Shown piece by piece: positions 55,520 to 64,000 of a DNA stretch of 64,000 nt. Positions within the stretch are counted from its first letter, which is position 1; each line of letters opens with the position of its first letter. The notes under the pieces are model-generated. The model searched no databases. It was not told the DNA's origin and was given only the letters and a program-made list of their open reading frames with translations. Where the stretch lies: the sequence record NC_070650.1, one strand, 5' to 3'. Position numbers and translations under genes: made by a program.

Positions 55520-55527
55520 CTTAGGGT

Positions 55528-56394
55528 TTAGATTGAAGTGCTCGGCATGTTTGCAACAGATTCCGCATAACCGGAAGTGATGGCCGATACGTCCGCTGCA
55601 ATAGAGCTGATGAAAGCTTCTTGCAGATTCGGGTTGGTACCTTCCATGTTCATGCTGTTCAGTACTTTCTGTGCCATGGACATGACACCGAAACCATGCT
55701 GAGTAACCGCGGTGAATCGAACCTGGATTTCCTGGTTCTGACCGGCAGCGGTCAGGTCACGACGACCAACAACATCACCGGTACCTTCAGGGAACATGTT
55801 GGTACACAGCCACGCTTCGTTTACGGTGGTAAACGTCGGGTCGGCTTCGAAGAACAGCATAGTCGCGCCAGTTACGTCGCCCAGCATGTCCGTAGGTTTG
55901 CTGGAAGCATTCAGTGCAACGACGTTCGGGATTTTAGTAATCGGGTCCATACCCAGACCAGTAATCCAAGCTTCCAGGAACCAACGAATTGGTTTGCCCG
56001 GTTTTTCAAGCCAGGTAAAGGTCGGGGTTGACCGATCGCGAGTGGTGTTGCTGATATCTTCCTGAATCTGCCCGGAACCATCGATTTGGTTTTCAACAAA
56101 TTCAGCTTTAACGCCGGCCTGCAGCCCTTCAATCTGACGGGCGTGCATTTCTACCAGAACTTTTAAAGCTCCGATATATTTAGACGAGTCTGGGAAGTAA
56201 GAGAAACCTCGCGGCGCCTGCACCAGGATACATACGACGTTACGACTCACATAAGTCGTATTTGCAAACATGTTTGCAAAGATCGTATGGTGACCCATTT
56301 GACCTTCTACTTGGAGGTCAATGGCCGGTGCCTGGGTATTCGTCGTGTAGGCTGTGTTATTCAAAAATACATCTTTCGTACGTGGGATAGCCAT
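55528..56394 (-). CDS. Tail tube protein (phiKZ gp30-like)
   Basis: 288 aa directly downstream of sheath; ATMLFFEADP, AWLCTNMFP, GRRDLT motifs. Confidence 0.85.
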   Translation of the reverse strand: MAIPRTKDVFLNNTAYTTNTQAPAIDLQVEGQMGHHTIFANMFANTTYVSRNVVCILVQAPRGFSYFPDSSKYIGALKVLVEMHARQIEGLQAGVKAEFVENQIDGSGQIQEDISNTTRDRSTPTFTWLEKPGKPIRWFLEAWITGLGMDPITKIPNVVALNASSKPTDMLGDVTGATMLFFEADPTFTTVNEAWLCTNMFPEGTGDVVGRRDLTAAGQNQEIQVRFTAVTQHGFGVMSMAQKVLNSMNMEGTNPNLQEAFISSIAADVSAITSGYAESVANMPSTSI

Positions 56395-56443
56395 TGTTTA
56401 TCTCCTGGATTGGGGGTAGTTGCCCACCCCCAACGGAAGGTCA

Positions 56444-58504
56444 TTAGGAAGTCGTTTGCAGGTCTTCCAGACGGCGGGTAATCAGTGTGTAAGTACCCAC
56501 AGTTTTCATGACGTTGGCGTAGATGTAAATATAGCACGACCAGCTATATCCGCGCGCAACATCATTGGTGTCAAAGAACGTTTCCGGGACAATGGTCACG
56601 CGATTATCGAAACGACCTTTAACGGCATCAGAGATCAATGCGTTAGATTGTTCGATGAACTGCGCCTGAGTCAGGTCACTGCGACCAGTCAACTGCTTCC
56701 AGGTCTGTTCAACGATTTTTTCGCAGTACGCAACAATACAGGTGACCAGGAAACTATTCAGCACCGAAGTATCGTCGTCGTATACGGTTTGGATTGCCGG
56801 ATAGAACAGCTGACGTTGGTCAAACTGTTGAACCCAAGTCAAACCCAGTGCCCAGTTAGACTGACGCACTTTTGTAGCTTTGTAGGTCAGGTTCACATCA
56901 CGGACTTTTGTTACCACGTTGTTCGGGTAGATATCAAAAGCCTTCCCAGGAGTCAGTACAGCGGTCTGAGCCCCCATATACGCCGCTACTTTATCCGCAA
57001 GGTCGATGGTCATCGGCACAAGAGGCGCAGCATTGTCGTCAATCAAAGTACCACCGTGGCCAATGATGGCCGCACGGCAAGTTTTGGTGTTGTAGTACTC
57101 GGATTCAGGGAACTGCAGTGCTGCAGTACGCAGCGCCGTTGCGATGGAAGTTTCTGCGTTGTTGTTGTTCAGAGTGGTGTTTACGTCCTGAGTAGACAGA
57201 ACGGTAACAATATCTTTACGCAGAGACATCGGCAGCAGCAGCGTTTTCTTCGTGGCGATATCAAACCCGGTATCCCAAATATGGGTAATCGGATATTTAG
57301 CCATATCCATCAGATGGTAATCTGAGGTTTCGAAGTTATTCATGACATCCGTGACCAGCGCTGCATATGCGGCGTCATCCATGGTGCCATCATCACCACC
57401 TACGGAGTAATGCGTGGTAGACGAGTTAAGGGTGTCCGCACCATCAAGTGCACCCTGCACAAGAATAGTTTCGTACGGGTTACCATTAACATCCAGGCCG
57501 TCAAAGAAGTTGATCAGGTATTCATCGCCGTCCACCATTGTTGCGCCAGTATATGCGCATTCAGCGGCATAAAGCTGTTGCAGAATGTTAGCAACATTGC
57601 TGTGGTAAACATTGATGGTTTCTACCGGACCGTAGATCGGAGTGTTCGAGGTGGAGCTATCGACATCACGATACTTTTTGAGTACCAGATTGTCGACATA
57701 CAGGTTTTGTTCAATTTTGGTATTGATGGCGCCTTTCTTGAAACTGAATTCGACGTAGGCGTCGCCATCGATGGTTTGGGTTACTGTCGCAGTAGAAGTC
57801 GCTGAACTGCGTTCAACGTACTGAATGCGATAAAGTGCGGTACCCTGCTCTTCAACGATATCGCTATCGACAGGCTCACTGGATTTTGCTGTAGCGCACC
57901 ACAGACGGCGGCCGATGTTATTACCGTACGACCCAAAATCAGAAACCTGGTCTTCGAAGATAGGATAACGCATTGAGGTAGTGCTACCGGATACCAGGGT
58001 ACCCGTGGTCGTGGTGCCACCACCAATGCCGTTAGTTGCTTCGCCTGCTACCCATTTCAGGATATGCCCGGCGACGGTTTCCCCAGTCGGGATTGGATTA
58101 CCGGAACTGTCGGTAATGTATGCGCCATCAGCATCACGTTCATAGAGCGGGACCTGGGCCGCAACGATTTCGAGAGATAAACGACATGTAGCCGGATCGG
58201 CCGCGTCTGTAGGTTTCAGGCGCAGAATAAACTGCGGGTTAGACTGGGTTACCAGTACATTCGATAGAACCGTACCATGGTTAGCCCACTTGCTCAGAAG
58301 ATTGAAACTGTCAGAACCATACAGGTTGATTCGATCAGTGCTACTCGCCACCTGCGTAGGTACTGTCGGACCACGCTGAGTGAACAGGGGCACCAACGCC
58401 ATATGGATTGGGGTAAAATTAATCCCCACGCTAGTGGAACGGGCACTTTGGTCCAATACCCCTAGCTTGATGGCCATTGGAGCGGCATTAACGATGGTAG
58501 CCAT
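56444..58504 (-). CDS. Tail sheath protein (phiKZ gp29-like)
   Basis: 686 aa; IVNAAPM start, LYGSDSF, WDTGFD..TKK, ESEYYNT.TCRA, LFYPAIQTVYDDDTSVL, GYSW motifs. Confidence 0.9.
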   Translation of the reverse strand: MATIVNAAPMAIKLGVLDQSARSTSVGINFTPIHMALVPLFTQRGPTVPTQVASSTDRINLYGSDSFNLLSKWANHGTVLSNVLVTQSNPQFILRLKPTDAADPATCRLSLEIVAAQVPLYERDADGAYITDSSGNPIPTGETVAGHILKWVAGEATNGIGGGTTTTGTLVSGSTTSMRYPIFEDQVSDFGSYGNNIGRRLWCATAKSSEPVDSDIVEEQGTALYRIQYVERSSATSTATVTQTIDGDAYVEFSFKKGAINTKIEQNLYVDNLVLKKYRDVDSSTSNTPIYGPVETINVYHSNVANILQQLYAAECAYTGATMVDGDEYLINFFDGLDVNGNPYETILVQGALDGADTLNSSTTHYSVGGDDGTMDDAAYAALVTDVMNNFETSDYHLMDMAKYPITHIWDTGFDIATKKTLLLPMSLRKDIVTVLSTQDVNTTLNNNNAETSIATALRTAALQFPESEYYNTKTCRAAIIGHGGTLIDDNAAPLVPMTIDLADKVAAYMGAQTAVLTPGKAFDIYPNNVVTKVRDVNLTYKATKVRQSNWALGLTWVQQFDQRQLFYPAIQTVYDDDTSVLNSFLVTCIVAYCEKIVEQTWKQLTGRSDLTQAQFIEQSNALISDAVKGRFDNRVTIVPETFFDTNDVARGYSWSCYIYIYANVMKTVGTYTLITRRLEDLQTTS

Positions 58505-58561
58505 TAATAACTCCTTCCTCGGCCCCTCCGACGATGAAGGGGTTTTCTTTAATTGTATAGA

Positions 58562-58628
58562 CTAGGTTTTTTCCGTGTGGGTGCTGGTAAAAAGCCACAC
58601 GCGCACATAATTACGACATTTGTGCCTA
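58562..58628. promoter_or_regulatory. Predicted branched RNA/DNA structure in divergent intergenic region
   Basis: CGTGTGG/CCACACG and GCACA/TGTGC stems enclosed by CTAG/CTAG. Confidence 0.35.
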
Positions 58629-58674
58629 GCCCGTATTTTTTCAGATAACGCAACGCATATATAAGGAAAACATC

Positions 58675-59589
58675 ATGTTCCGGTCGCCGTACGACACCTC
58701 CATCGGGAAGGCCTTCAATCTCCCGCGCGTTGAACAAGCACTGCATATGGCCAACATCAAAAAAGAATTAAAAACGATTCATCCCGATATGCCCTGGTTG
58801 TTGGCGGTCGTTGGTGATGAACCGACTGAAATTCCGGTGTTTCCACACCCCGTTACTTTGGAAGATAGCGTGCGCGGCAAACAAGTTGTCGTAGATTTAC
58901 GCGGACCTTACAAAAGATACCTAACTATTACGGATACTGGGATTAACGTCGACCCATATGGCGGCGCAGGAATCACTGTAAACAGAGCTATCCTACAGTA
59001 TTATTGGTCGCCGGATAGCGCCGATGCATTTTTTGCACTATCAGATGTACCGTTGATTGCATTCAGCCGGTGGCTGGCCGACCAGATTAGCCGCGCCCTG
59101 GGATTAGACCCGGCTGCACAGTTGGCGCTACCAGTGGTGTTAGCGTATTACTTTACTTCTTTATATATGGAAAAACCAATTGCGGAAGAAGAAGCAACCC
59201 GCATCGCTAACAAAATTTCTAGAGTGCTGAGAATTAATCTACAGCAAGTTTTGGATTCCATCCCGAATCCAATCCCATCAAATTTACGTGAATTGGTTGC
59301 CGTTCTGGGAAGTGGTAATTATGGCCCTAAATTAGAACGACTGAATAATGTCGGTCTTTTTTACTCCATGACCACTAATGGATTTTTTGGTGTGATGAAC
59401 CCCAAAGAAGTCCTGGCCTGCGCCATCGAATACCCACCTACATTCTTGGCCGTTCTTGCCGGCGCCCTGAATGATACCAGTTTCAATAAAATCCCACTGA
59501 TTACGTCTATTAAACATTACGTCAAACAGGACGCAGTCAAGGGATTCAATCTGGCATTTAATCAATTCCTCGCTCGTGGAGATAACTAA
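58675..59589 (+). CDS. Virion structural protein (phiKZ gp28-like)
   Basis: AAGGA RBS; MFRSPYDT start, FPHP, VVDLR, AIEYPPTF; synteny divergent from sheath. Confidence 0.7.
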   Translation: MFRSPYDTSIGKAFNLPRVEQALHMANIKKELKTIHPDMPWLLAVVGDEPTEIPVFPHPVTLEDSVRGKQVVVDLRGPYKRYLTITDTGINVDPYGGAGITVNRAILQYYWSPDSADAFFALSDVPLIAFSRWLADQISRALGLDPAAQLALPVVLAYYFTSLYMEKPIAEEEATRIANKISRVLRINLQQVLDSIPNPIPSNLRELVAVLGSGNYGPKLERLNNVGLFYSMTTNGFFGVMNPKEVLACAIEYPPTFLAVLAGALNDTSFNKIPLITSIKHYVKQDAVKGFNLAFNQFLARGDN

Positions 59590-62138
59590 TGATCGACTAC
59601 CTGTTGGACCATGCCAGACAACACGTCTGGTGTAATCCCAGTATTGACCGACAGGTAGTGTTGGAGATGAGTCGATTGACCCCGATTGGTGGGGTCAAAG
59701 ATAAAATGAGTTTGATGTGGGATAAAATTGCATTGCCGGTGGCCTCCACTAGTTTCCACGTGTATCAGATCGGCAGCAACTTCCCGCCACAACTCAATCT
59801 CCCCACTACTATTAATACGTGGATAAATTTTGCCGATGTGTGCATGCAGCAAAATCAGATTGCCGATTTCTTTTTAGTTGACGGTCGGCAATATCCACGC
59901 AGTTGCTGTTGGTTGGCGCGTACGGTAGACCGCAACTATATTGTCGCCGTACAGATTCTTAAAAAAATCGATAGCCTAGATACGCAGCCAATTAACCTCA
60001 GACTGTATTCCAATGCGTATTTTAATAGCGACCGTTCAAACGAGTCCATTAAAATAGAAGTGCAAGGCGGTGTGATGGCGACCACCAGTGCTATCGCTGC
60101 TTTAACCACCGCATTTAATACCGCCAGGTCTAGAGGTTATGGATACACATACGCTTTCCATAATGGTGAGTATGTGGCTTCATTTAGTCCAGCGACCGTA
60201 TCGGTTGGTGATATCGTTGAATTCGTATTTGACGCATCCGTTTATCGGGTGGTGGATTTCGATGTAGGTTCACTCCCAACGTTCACCTCCACTTTGGATT
60301 CTTTGGCGAAGTACATCTTACATCCAACCAAAGCCGATGACCTGAATGACATCCAATATCGTGATGATATCGATATCTTCCTGTACAAAACTACTTCTAC
60401 CGGAGAAGTAAAAGGTATTTATTATTACCGCTACATGGATACCGCGGTAAGGATGTTAACTCACGCCGACTATGCCATTCCTCAGAGTTTGGTGCAAACA
60501 TTCGTGCAGAATCATAAATACTGGGGGAATGCAACAAATCTGAAACTCCGGGTGCAGATGCGAGAACCTAGTTTTGATCGCACGTTGGTTTTCGATGCCA
60601 ATAGAATCATGGAGCTTTATAAACTCACTGATTCGCAAATCATGCAGGCTATGAGTGGAGTGAACTCACTGGTTCCTGAATGGCAGGCAGCTACTTTGGA
60701 AGCCAGCTACTACACGAAAATCATGCGGAGCAGTTGGACAGGCATTACCATCAACGACGTCGAGCAGGCATATGGCTATAATGCCATGAGTAAGTTAATC
60801 GGCGATACTCCGCAGAAGATGTCAGTCGACGCGTCCAGTGGAAATTATGTTCAGCTACCTCCAGGTCTACGTACCCTATCCACCGTATTTGAATTTGATA
60901 GTGCTGGATTGCTATTAGGATACTACACCCATACAGAGGGTGTGCGTTATTATCCAAAAAATAATGCAACTGCATTGGTCGAAGTCATTTCCGGTACGGG
61001 TTCAAAATTGTTATCGATTACCCAGGGGAATGATCCCGTTACCTTAGGCGCGGATAATGGTTACCGCCTGTATGTTTCACCAAAACAGAACCGGGTGTCC
61101 ACCAATCAATGGGTAGAAGTTGACCCCAGTGACAGCACCCATGTTAATGTGACCAACGGCGTAGTCACTTGGACGCATAACACGTATGACTGGCAGGGCG
61201 CGGTTAAGCAAGATGACAGGTTCTTAGTGCAGCAATACACTTTGAATTCGTCGTATGACTTACTACAATTCACATTAACCTACGGTTCAACCGCAGGCGT
61301 TGCTCTGACCATCCCGCCAGGTAGAATTGATATTTGGTTAAATAAACATCGGTTGGTAAAAGGCATCGATTACTACATGGTGTTCCCAACCATTGTTATC
61401 GTTAATAAGGAATACTTAAACACAACTACAGGCATTCAAGATGTGGTTGTCAGGGCCTATGGTTTCTGTACTCCGGCGATGACCATTGAAGAGAATAATC
61501 AATACGGTTTTGTTCAAAATGGGGTATTGAGTTACAACAACCAATACAACTTACGGGACGACCGCGTTATTCAAATCACCATTGATGGTGGGGCGTATCA
61601 TCGGGATGGGTTGCATTTCGGTGAGGACGGTCTGGTTACCGTGGTGGAGGAGGCTTATGAGGGGAGACCTTATGAGATTTCAGACATTGTGGTGCCTATC
61701 CGTGGAGTGACGGATTATTCTGTTTACCTTTATCGGGAACAGGCTCAGGCTACGGATGCCAGAGTATCTGCTTACCTGAACACGCTTTTGCCGGAACATG
61801 AATTCCCAACGGCACCAGATATTGAAAGAAAATACCAAGTGTTCAGTCCGTTCTTGAATTACATTATCGGTGAAATTGCAAACGGAGTGCTGGTCGTACC
61901 TACCACACCAATGACTGATAAACAGGTAATCGATTCTACCTCGACATATCAGTACTTATTGGCCTACGACCCGTGCATCGTAGGGGTGGTCAGTAAGCAG
62001 TACGAGGTGATTCACCCAATCATCGGTGATGGTCCTGTTTCAGTGACTTCGGTGGAGTATGCCTACGTAGACCGCATCATTAGTTTGATGTTGGGCTCTC
62101 AGGTGGATATTACCACATTCTTGACTATCGAGGATTGA
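59589..62138 (+). CDS. Virion structural/baseplate protein (phiKZ gp27-like)
   Basis: 849 aa; YLLDHARQHVWCNP, LRLYSNAYFNS, FEFDSAGLLLG, WLNKHRLVKGIDY motifs. Confidence 0.75.
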   Translation: MIDYLLDHARQHVWCNPSIDRQVVLEMSRLTPIGGVKDKMSLMWDKIALPVASTSFHVYQIGSNFPPQLNLPTTINTWINFADVCMQQNQIADFFLVDGRQYPRSCCWLARTVDRNYIVAVQILKKIDSLDTQPINLRLYSNAYFNSDRSNESIKIEVQGGVMATTSAIAALTTAFNTARSRGYGYTYAFHNGEYVASFSPATVSVGDIVEFVFDASVYRVVDFDVGSLPTFTSTLDSLAKYILHPTKADDLNDIQYRDDIDIFLYKTTSTGEVKGIYYYRYMDTAVRMLTHADYAIPQSLVQTFVQNHKYWGNATNLKLRVQMREPSFDRTLVFDANRIMELYKLTDSQIMQAMSGVNSLVPEWQAATLEASYYTKIMRSSWTGITINDVEQAYGYNAMSKLIGDTPQKMSVDASSGNYVQLPPGLRTLSTVFEFDSAGLLLGYYTHTEGVRYYPKNNATALVEVISGTGSKLLSITQGNDPVTLGADNGYRLYVSPKQNRVSTNQWVEVDPSDSTHVNVTNGVVTWTHNTYDWQGAVKQDDRFLVQQYTLNSSYDLLQFTLTYGSTAGVALTIPPGRIDIWLNKHRLVKGIDYYMVFPTIVIVNKEYLNTTTGIQDVVVRAYGFCTPAMTIEENNQYGFVQNGVLSYNNQYNLRDDRVIQITIDGGAYHRDGLHFGEDGLVTVVEEAYEGRPYEISDIVVPIRGVTDYSVYLYREQAQATDARVSAYLNTLLPEHEFPTAPDIERKYQVFSPFLNYIIGEIANGVLVVPTTPMTDKQVIDSTSTYQYLLAYDPCIVGVVSKQYEVIHPIIGDGPVSVTSVEYAYVDRIISLMLGSQVDITTFLTIED

Positions 62139-62139
62139 T

Positions 62140-63816
62140 ATGGCCACGGTACCTAAGTATAAACAAGACGGCATTGGGCTGTTTTGGATGATGAAAGATA
62201 TTTATACCGGGCCGAATGGTACCGGGGAATACGTCCCGAATGTTGGGGATGCTATTCTGGATTGGACGGCTGGATGGTTCAAAGTCATCTCCGTTGTCGA
62301 TAATATCGCCACCTGGGTTTCTTGGGAGGCTCCCAGCAATAACACATCAGAAGAAGATGTCATGTTCGGGACGGTACCTGCCGTCCCAGGGCAATCCTCA
62401 AGGGTGTGGTATAACACTTCTGTAACGCCATATTCGCTGGACTTTGATGCGCGGTTGCGGATATACGGTTCTGGGTTAACCCACTTTAAGATTTTTAAAG
62501 GAACTGATATCTCCGCAACTACCGGTAAAGTTATCGGGTATACCATCGATACTGGTGGTGCAAAAGACAGTGAGAATATCCCGTTCGAATTGGTGGGTAC
62601 GGATAATATCACCAATATCGCTATTTGGGTCGGTGTAACCGCCTATACGTCAGAAGCCTTAACTGACGGGGATACCGTAACTGCGGTGTACTATAAAGGA
62701 GAAATTCCCGCAGGATACCAGACATTTATCATCAAAGATTCTTCTCTGGTACGTACCGGTTCGGCATCCCAGAAAGCCATCCGTAGTCTGGTGTTGAATT
62801 CTGCGTTCCTGTCGGATAGTGCGGATAAGCAGTTTGATGTCCCTATGGGCACCACCATTGATTCTCTGGGTATCACCGGGGTAATCACCTACAGCGATGG
62901 CTCTACCAGAACACTCACCCCGGATGGTTCCAAATTAACTATTGCGGGCTTTGATGATTTCGCTGCAATGGTTATTGGTCAGCGGATTAGCATCGTTGCC
63001 ACGTATTACTTGGATTCCACCGAACAGTCCGACATCGTACAAACTAACGGCACACGTAACTTCATCACAACAACGTACAGTGCAGTAGTCACTGAAGCTG
63101 ACGGTGCGGCTACAGTTAAACTGTTCGTTGTGCCGAAATGGGTTAGTGATTCCGTCGGCTATAGCCTGGATTACTGGCTGTACCGATTGGACCGTCAGGA
63201 TTTCTACTACGTCACTCCGTTTGTGCAAATGGGAACCAACTCAGCTGATTTCCAACCAAAACTGTATGGTACCCGCCAACGACTGACCGTTGTTATTGAT
63301 TTGAATAACGTCAGTACGACATATAAAGAAATCAGACATTCCCAGACCTTTGAGATTACATTGGCTCAAGATGGTCTGAGTGCTGGAGACCCATGGTTCC
63401 TTCGTTGGACTATTGGCCAGAACCCGGCATATGGTCAAGGTGTTTCTGCCAAATTCAAATTTGGTAGTGTCGGTAACTGGGGTCTTAAAGTGGATTGTGG
63501 GGCAACAACCTACAATCAATGGCTTGATGCGCTGTATTATCGTTGCCAACCACTGTACTACCCAGGCACAGAAACCAAAGCACCAGCGCCTACCCACTTT
63601 AACGTGTACATCAGTGATACCTATCAGGTGGAATATCCGATTTCCCAATGGAACCAGGAACTCACCTTCCAGTCTGGCGGCGTAGAAGGGCAAAGCGCAG
63701 TCATTCAATGGATCTATCGCGATGGCACTACGGGCAATGCACTGTACCTTGGCGCAAGCCCGATGGTTATTCGTCACGTAACGGATTATAGTGATGGCAC
63801 AAGTCTGACCAGTTAA
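62140..63816 (+). CDS. Virion structural/baseplate protein (phiKZ gp26-like)
   Basis: 558 aa; IYTGPNGTGEYVPNVGD, KLFVVPKW, APAPTHF motifs; precedes terminase. Confidence 0.75.
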   Translation: MATVPKYKQDGIGLFWMMKDIYTGPNGTGEYVPNVGDAILDWTAGWFKVISVVDNIATWVSWEAPSNNTSEEDVMFGTVPAVPGQSSRVWYNTSVTPYSLDFDARLRIYGSGLTHFKIFKGTDISATTGKVIGYTIDTGGAKDSENIPFELVGTDNITNIAIWVGVTAYTSEALTDGDTVTAVYYKGEIPAGYQTFIIKDSSLVRTGSASQKAIRSLVLNSAFLSDSADKQFDVPMGTTIDSLGITGVITYSDGSTRTLTPDGSKLTIAGFDDFAAMVIGQRISIVATYYLDSTEQSDIVQTNGTRNFITTTYSAVVTEADGAATVKLFVVPKWVSDSVGYSLDYWLYRLDRQDFYYVTPFVQMGTNSADFQPKLYGTRQRLTVVIDLNNVSTTYKEIRHSQTFEITLAQDGLSAGDPWFLRWTIGQNPAYGQGVSAKFKFGSVGNWGLKVDCGATTYNQWLDALYYRCQPLYYPGTETKAPAPTHFNVYISDTYQVEYPISQWNQELTFQSGGVEGQSAVIQWIYRDGTTGNALYLGASPMVIRHVTDYSDGTSLTS

Positions 63817-63829
63817 TGATAATGTGGTG

Positions 63830-63859
63830 GGTATGCTATCCATTAGTGGGTGGCATACC
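63830..63859 (+). terminator. Long hairpin before terminase gene
   Basis: GGTATGCTATCCA-TTAG-TGGGTGGCATACC (13 bp with two G-U), T-rich tract downstream. Confidence 0.65.
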
Positions 63860-63908
63860 TGCCCATTATGTATGCTCTTTTCTTTTTTCGGACGCTGAGG
63901 AAGTCATT

Positions 63909-64000
63909 ATGTCTATTTTGTTTGCCAGTGACTGGAGTAAATTCCCCAGAGCCATCCCCGACTATAAAACAAAAAATGAAAGTTTTTTGAAGATGGCTAT
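63909..64000 (+). CDS. terL: Terminase large subunit, N-terminus only (phiKZ gp25-like), truncated by window end
   Basis: GAGGA RBS; MSILFASDWSKFPRAIPDYKTKNESFLKMA matches recalled N-terminus of phiKZ-like TerL and its position after gp26. Confidence 0.75.
   Translation, partial: MSILFASDWSKFPRAIPDYKTKNESFLKMA

Noticed and set aside
56420-57325. 301-aa + strand ORF (and 57410..57805, 55621..56031) antisense to sheath and tube
   Set aside because: Shadow ORFs: strong codon bias of highly expressed minus-strand genes removes antisense stops; no RBS or recognisable motifs
63241-63843. 200-aa minus ORF antisense to the gp26-like gene
   Set aside because: Fully overlaps a motif-supported structural gene; no independent coding signal
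1-64000. tRNA or rRNA genes
   Set aside because: No cloverleaf with T-loop GTTCRA plus CCA context found by eye in any intergenic gap; tRNAscan-SE would be the definitive check
1-64000. Chimallin (nuclear shell), PhuZ tubulin, major capsid and non-virion RNAP genes
   Set aside because: Not recognisable in this window; nucleus-forming lifestyle is only inferred from family membership

Overview
A 64-kb stretch of a phiKZ-like (Chimalliviridae-type) jumbo myophage genome. Spanins and a GH108 endolysin point to a Gram-negative host, probably enterobacterial. It is gene-dense with no tRNA, rRNA, CRISPR, intron, intein or mobile element that I can support. Contents in order: RuvC-like resolvase and dTMP kinase; a long leucine-rich-repeat virion-type protein; tail/baseplate and tail-fibre genes with a fibre chaperone; endolysin plus overlapping i-/o-spanin; baseplate spike; SbcC/Rad50; RNase H; internal head proteins; RecA/UvsX; three virion RNA polymerase subunits (gp149-, gp180-, gp178-like); tape-measure/lytic transglycosylase (gp181-like); gp177/gp176-like head proteins and prohead protease; a ~7.3-kb accessory region under TATATTAC-type early promoters; tail tube, tail sheath, three structural genes and the start of the terminase large subunit. 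Homologue names (phiKZ gp numbers) come from recalled motifs and gene order, not database searches. The least-explained signals are: (1) a dispersed ~40-bp element with conserved asymmetric flanks around a GGGAGGGC hairpin, carrying outward-facing TATG motifs and often supplying stop codons; (2) an early array of about ten tiny membrane/exported proteins with internal paralogy; (3) a GATC-rich multi-inverted-repeat intergenic region at 12.3-12.5 kb; (4) a possible ADP-ribosyltransferase-like gene inserted in the head operon, a tandem AraC-like HTH protein, and a DUF488-like gene.
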